Below are positions 61,187-64,000 of a DNA stretch of 64,000 bases, piece by piece. The notes under the pieces were generated by a model, which was given only the letters and a program-made list of their open reading frames with translations, ran no database searches and was not told the DNA's origin. Each line of letters begins with the position of its first letter. The first letter of the stretch is position 1. Where the stretch lies: NCBI GenBank assembly GCA_965216465.1, contig CBDCFW010000004.1, positions 235,464 to 299,463 on the forward strand, read 5' to 3'. The position numbers and the translations under genes were made by a program. The DNA comes from Bacteroidia bacterium (GTDB lineage: Bacteria > Bacteroidota > Bacteroidia > NS11-12g > UBA9320).

Positions 61187-64000
61187 TTATGGTTGTCCGA
61201 AGTTTGCAAATTGCACATCAACCGGACCAAGGTTTAAGTTAGAACCTGTTCCGTTAAAGAATATTACGTGAACCTGATTCGGCTGTCTAACGTATGCAGT
61301 TAGTGTAATACCCTGTAAATCTTGTAGCAAAGTCGCTAAGATAATATCTCCTGGTTGAGCTCCAGTACTTGGGAAGTTTCTAATGGTTTGGCCACCAGCA
61401 GGAATATTACCCGTACTTACTTGGCTTGTACCAGTTCCCGGACCACTGCTTTGATCTATTGCAGATATTTCAATCGTTTTGTTCGCAGTATCGATGTTTA
61501 AGAATGTTCTTAAACCAGCAGTAAGCGTGTACAGCTCAGCTGATCCAGTAATGTTTGCAATTACCATCACCGAGTCGGTAACAGGAAGTGTTCCTACTGG
61601 AGATGTTCCTTTACCTACTAAGATAGTCTCAGATCCAAGATCTGTGCTACCTGTACCTCCAATACTTACCGGTACAACACCATTAAGTTTGGTTGCCGCA
61701 TCGATGGTACCGTTTGCGATATCTTCGTTAAGAATAGTTCCATTTTCTATTTCACTTGTTGTTACTGCTCCCGTTGCGATATCTTCAGCAAGAATAGTCT
61801 CATTCAAAATTTCAGAAGTTTCAACTGCACTTGTTGCAATATCTTCCGCTTGAATGGTCTCATTTAAGATTTCGTCAGTGGTAACAGCACTTGTAGCGAT
61901 GTCTTCAGCAAGAATAGTCTCGTTAAGAATCTCAGAAGTCTCAACCGCACCTGTTGCAATATCTTCGGCAAGAATGGTCTCATTCAAAATTTCAGAAGTG
62001 GTAACAGCACCGGTGTCAATATCTTCAGCCTGAATAGTTTCGTTCAATATCTCAGAAGTTTCAACTGCACCTGTAGCAATATCCTCAGCTAAGATAGTCT
62101 CATTTAAGATCTCAGATGTTGTCACAGCACTGGTGTCAATATCTTCAGCTTGAATAGTTTCGTTCAAAATTTCAGATGATTCAACTGCACCCGTTGCAAT
62201 ATCTTCTGCTAAAATGGTTTCATTAAGAATCTCAGAAGTTTCAACTGCACCAGTGGCAATATCTTCAGCAAGAATAGTCTCATTCAAAATTTCAGAAGTT
62301 TCAACCGCACCTGTTGCGATATCTTCAGCAAGAATTGTCTCGTTTAGAATCTCAGAAGTTTCTACCGAACCAGTTCCGATATCTTCAGCTAAGATAGTCT
62401 CATTTAAAATCTCTGAAGTAGTAACTGCTCCAGTGTCGATGTCTTCTGCTTGAATCGTTTCGTTCAAGATTTCTGAAGTTTCAACCGCCCCTGTTGCGAT
62501 ATCTTCAGCTAAGATTGTCTCGTTCAAAATCTCAGATGTAGTCACCGCACCTGTGTCGATATCTTCTGCTTGAATTGTCTCGTTTAAGATTTCAGAAGTT
62601 TCAACTGCACCTGTTGCAATGTCTTCAGCAAGGATGGTTTCGTTCAGAATTTCTGAAGTTTCAACCGCACCTGTTGCAATGTCTTCAGCAAGAATGGTCT
62701 CATTCAGAATTTCAGAAGTTTCAACCGCACCTGTAGCAATATCTTCAGCAAGAATGGTTTCATTCAAAATTTCAGAAGTTTCTACAGAACCAGTTCCAAT
62801 ATCTTCAGCCAAAATTGTTTCATTCAAGATTTCAGAAGTGGTAACAGCACCTGTGTCGATGTCTTCAGCTTGAATTGTTTCGTTCAAGATTTCAGAAGTT
62901 TCTACCGAACCGGTACCAATATCTTCAGCAAGAATAGTTTCATTCAGAATCTCAGAAGTAGTCACTGCACCTGTATCGATATCTTCGGCTTGAATGGTTT
63001 CGTTCAAGATTTCAGAAGTTTCAACTGCACCCGTTGCAATGTCTTCAGCCAAAATGGTTTCGTCAAGGATCTCTGAAGTCTCAACCGAACCAGTACCAAT
63101 GTCTTCAGCTAAGATTGTCTCATTTAAAATCTCTGAAGTAGTAACCGCACCCGTGTCAATGTCTTCTGCTTGAATAGTTTCGTTCAATATTTCAGAAGTT
63201 TCAACTGCACCTGTTGCGATATCTTCAGCCAAAATGGTCTCATCAAGTATCTCTGAAGTTTCAACTGATCCAGTACCAATATCTTCAGCTAAGATGGTCT
63301 CATTCAAAATCTCCGAAGTTGTAACGGCACCTGTGTCGATGTCCTCCGCTTGAATGGTTTCATTCAAGATTTCAGAAGTTTCAACCGCACCTGTTGCAAT
63401 GTCTTCCGCTAAGATTGTTTCGTCTAGAATCTCAGAAGTGGTCACCGCTCCAGTGTCTATATCTTCTGCTTGAATGGTTTCATCAAGAATTTCAGAAGTT
63501 TCAACTGCACCTGTAGCAATATCTTCTGCTAAGATGGTTTCGTCTAAAATTTCAGAAGTGGTAACGGCACCAGTGTCGATGTCTTCAGCTTGAATGGTTT
63601 CATCAAGAATCTCGTCGGTAGTAATGGCTCCATCTGCAATGTCTTCTGCTTGAATTGTTTCATCTAAAATTTCAGAAGTTGTAACGGCCCCTGTGTCGAT
63701 GTCTTCAGCTTGAATAGTTTCATCAAGAATTTCCGAAGTTTCAACCGCGCCTGTTGCAATATCTTCAGCAAGGATAGTTTCGTCTAATATCTCATCTGTT
63801 TCTACAGAACCAGTTCCAATATCTTCGGCTAATATCGTTTCATCTAAGATTTCATCGGTGGTAACCGCACCGGTAGCAATATCTTCTGCTAAGATAGTCT
63901 CGTCTAAGATTTCGTCGGTGGTAACTGCCCCAGTAGCAATATCTTCTGCTAAGATAGTTTCATCTAAAATCTCATCAGTTGTTACTGCCCCAGTTGCAAT
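61187..64000 (-). CDS. Large acidic repeat protein with fibre-like C-terminus (5' end outside window, at least 937 aa)
   Basis: Frame open from 64000; ~38 copies of TSEILNETILAEDIATGAVE, then VPVSIGGTGS and a ~170-aa unique C-terminus. Confidence 0.85.
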   Translation of the reverse strand: MATGAVTTDEILDETILAEDIATGAVTTDEILDETILAEDIATGAVTTDEILDETILAEDIGTGSVETDEILDETILAEDIATGAVETSEILDETIQAEDIDTGAVTTSEILDETIQAEDIADGAITTDEILDETIQAEDIDTGAVTTSEILDETILAEDIATGAVETSEILDETIQAEDIDTGAVTTSEILDETILAEDIATGAVETSEILNETIQAEDIDTGAVTTSEILNETILAEDIGTGSVETSEILDETILAEDIATGAVETSEILNETIQAEDIDTGAVTTSEILNETILAEDIGTGSVETSEILDETILAEDIATGAVETSEILNETIQAEDIDTGAVTTSEILNETILAEDIGTGSVETSEILNETIQAEDIDTGAVTTSEILNETILAEDIGTGSVETSEILNETILAEDIATGAVETSEILNETILAEDIATGAVETSEILNETILAEDIATGAVETSEILNETIQAEDIDTGAVTTSEILNETILAEDIATGAVETSEILNETIQAEDIDTGAVTTSEILNETILAEDIGTGSVETSEILNETILAEDIATGAVETSEILNETILAEDIATGAVETSEILNETILAEDIATGAVESSEILNETIQAEDIDTSAVTTSEILNETILAEDIATGAVETSEILNETIQAEDIDTGAVTTSEILNETILAEDIATGAVETSEILNETILAEDIATSAVTTDEILNETIQAEDIATSAVETSEILNETILAEDIATGAVTTSEIENGTILNEDIANGTIDAATKLNGVVPVSIGGTGSTDLGSETILVGKGTSPVGTLPVTDSVMVIANITGSAELYTLTAGLRTFLNIDTANKTIEISAIDQSSGPGTGTSQVSTGNIPAGGQTIRNFPSTGAQPGDIILATLLQDLQGITLTAYVRQPNQVHVIFFNGTGSNLNLGPVDVQFANFGQP
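61700..64000 (-). repeat. Coding tandem repeat, 60-bp unit (~38 copies)
   Basis: Successive 60-nt lines of the sequence align column-wise, with variation mostly at synonymous positions. Confidence 0.95.

Noticed and set aside
61479-63076. Plus-strand repeat ORFs (ISEVSTAPVAISSA...)
   Set aside because: Antisense shadows of the repeat gene, interrupted by stops, while the minus frame is continuous
61187-63445. Track start at 63445 for the repeat protein
   Set aside because: An internal GTG (Val); the frame stays open to the window edge

Overview
AT-rich chromosomal segment of a free-living Bacteroidota bacterium, judged from TAnnTTTG -7 promoters, T9SS and gliding genes. Most of it is housekeeping and envelope biology: O-antigen ligase-like gene, oppC, dapF, two ECF sigma/anti-sigma pairs, htrA, a LexA-like repressor, mreBCD-mrdA-rodA, porU-porV, a PorP/SprF gene with gldJ, ahcY, icmF, two T9SS cargo proteins, a PIF1-like helicase, two L,D-transpeptidases, membrane pyrophosphatase, lepA, amidase, pcm, a WcaJ-type sugar transferase, nnr and an enoyl-CoA hydratase. 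I saw no rRNA, tRNA, CRISPR array or mobile element. The most notable element is the 0.9-kb gap at 24808-25733, which has no clear protein gene. It holds two tandem, diverged copies (411-bp offset) of an apparent non-coding transcription unit: 19-bp-phased palindromic upstream sites, an IHF-like site, a sigma54-type -24/-12 promoter, a ~185-nt RNA with a covarying GAAA hairpin and two invariant boxes (41 and 20 nt), and an intrinsic terminator. This looks like a family of paralogous sigma54-dependent small RNAs. Second is a large, 5'-truncated gene at the right edge with ~38 acidic 20-aa repeats and a phage-fibre-like C-terminus. All calls come from reading the sequence; no searches were run.
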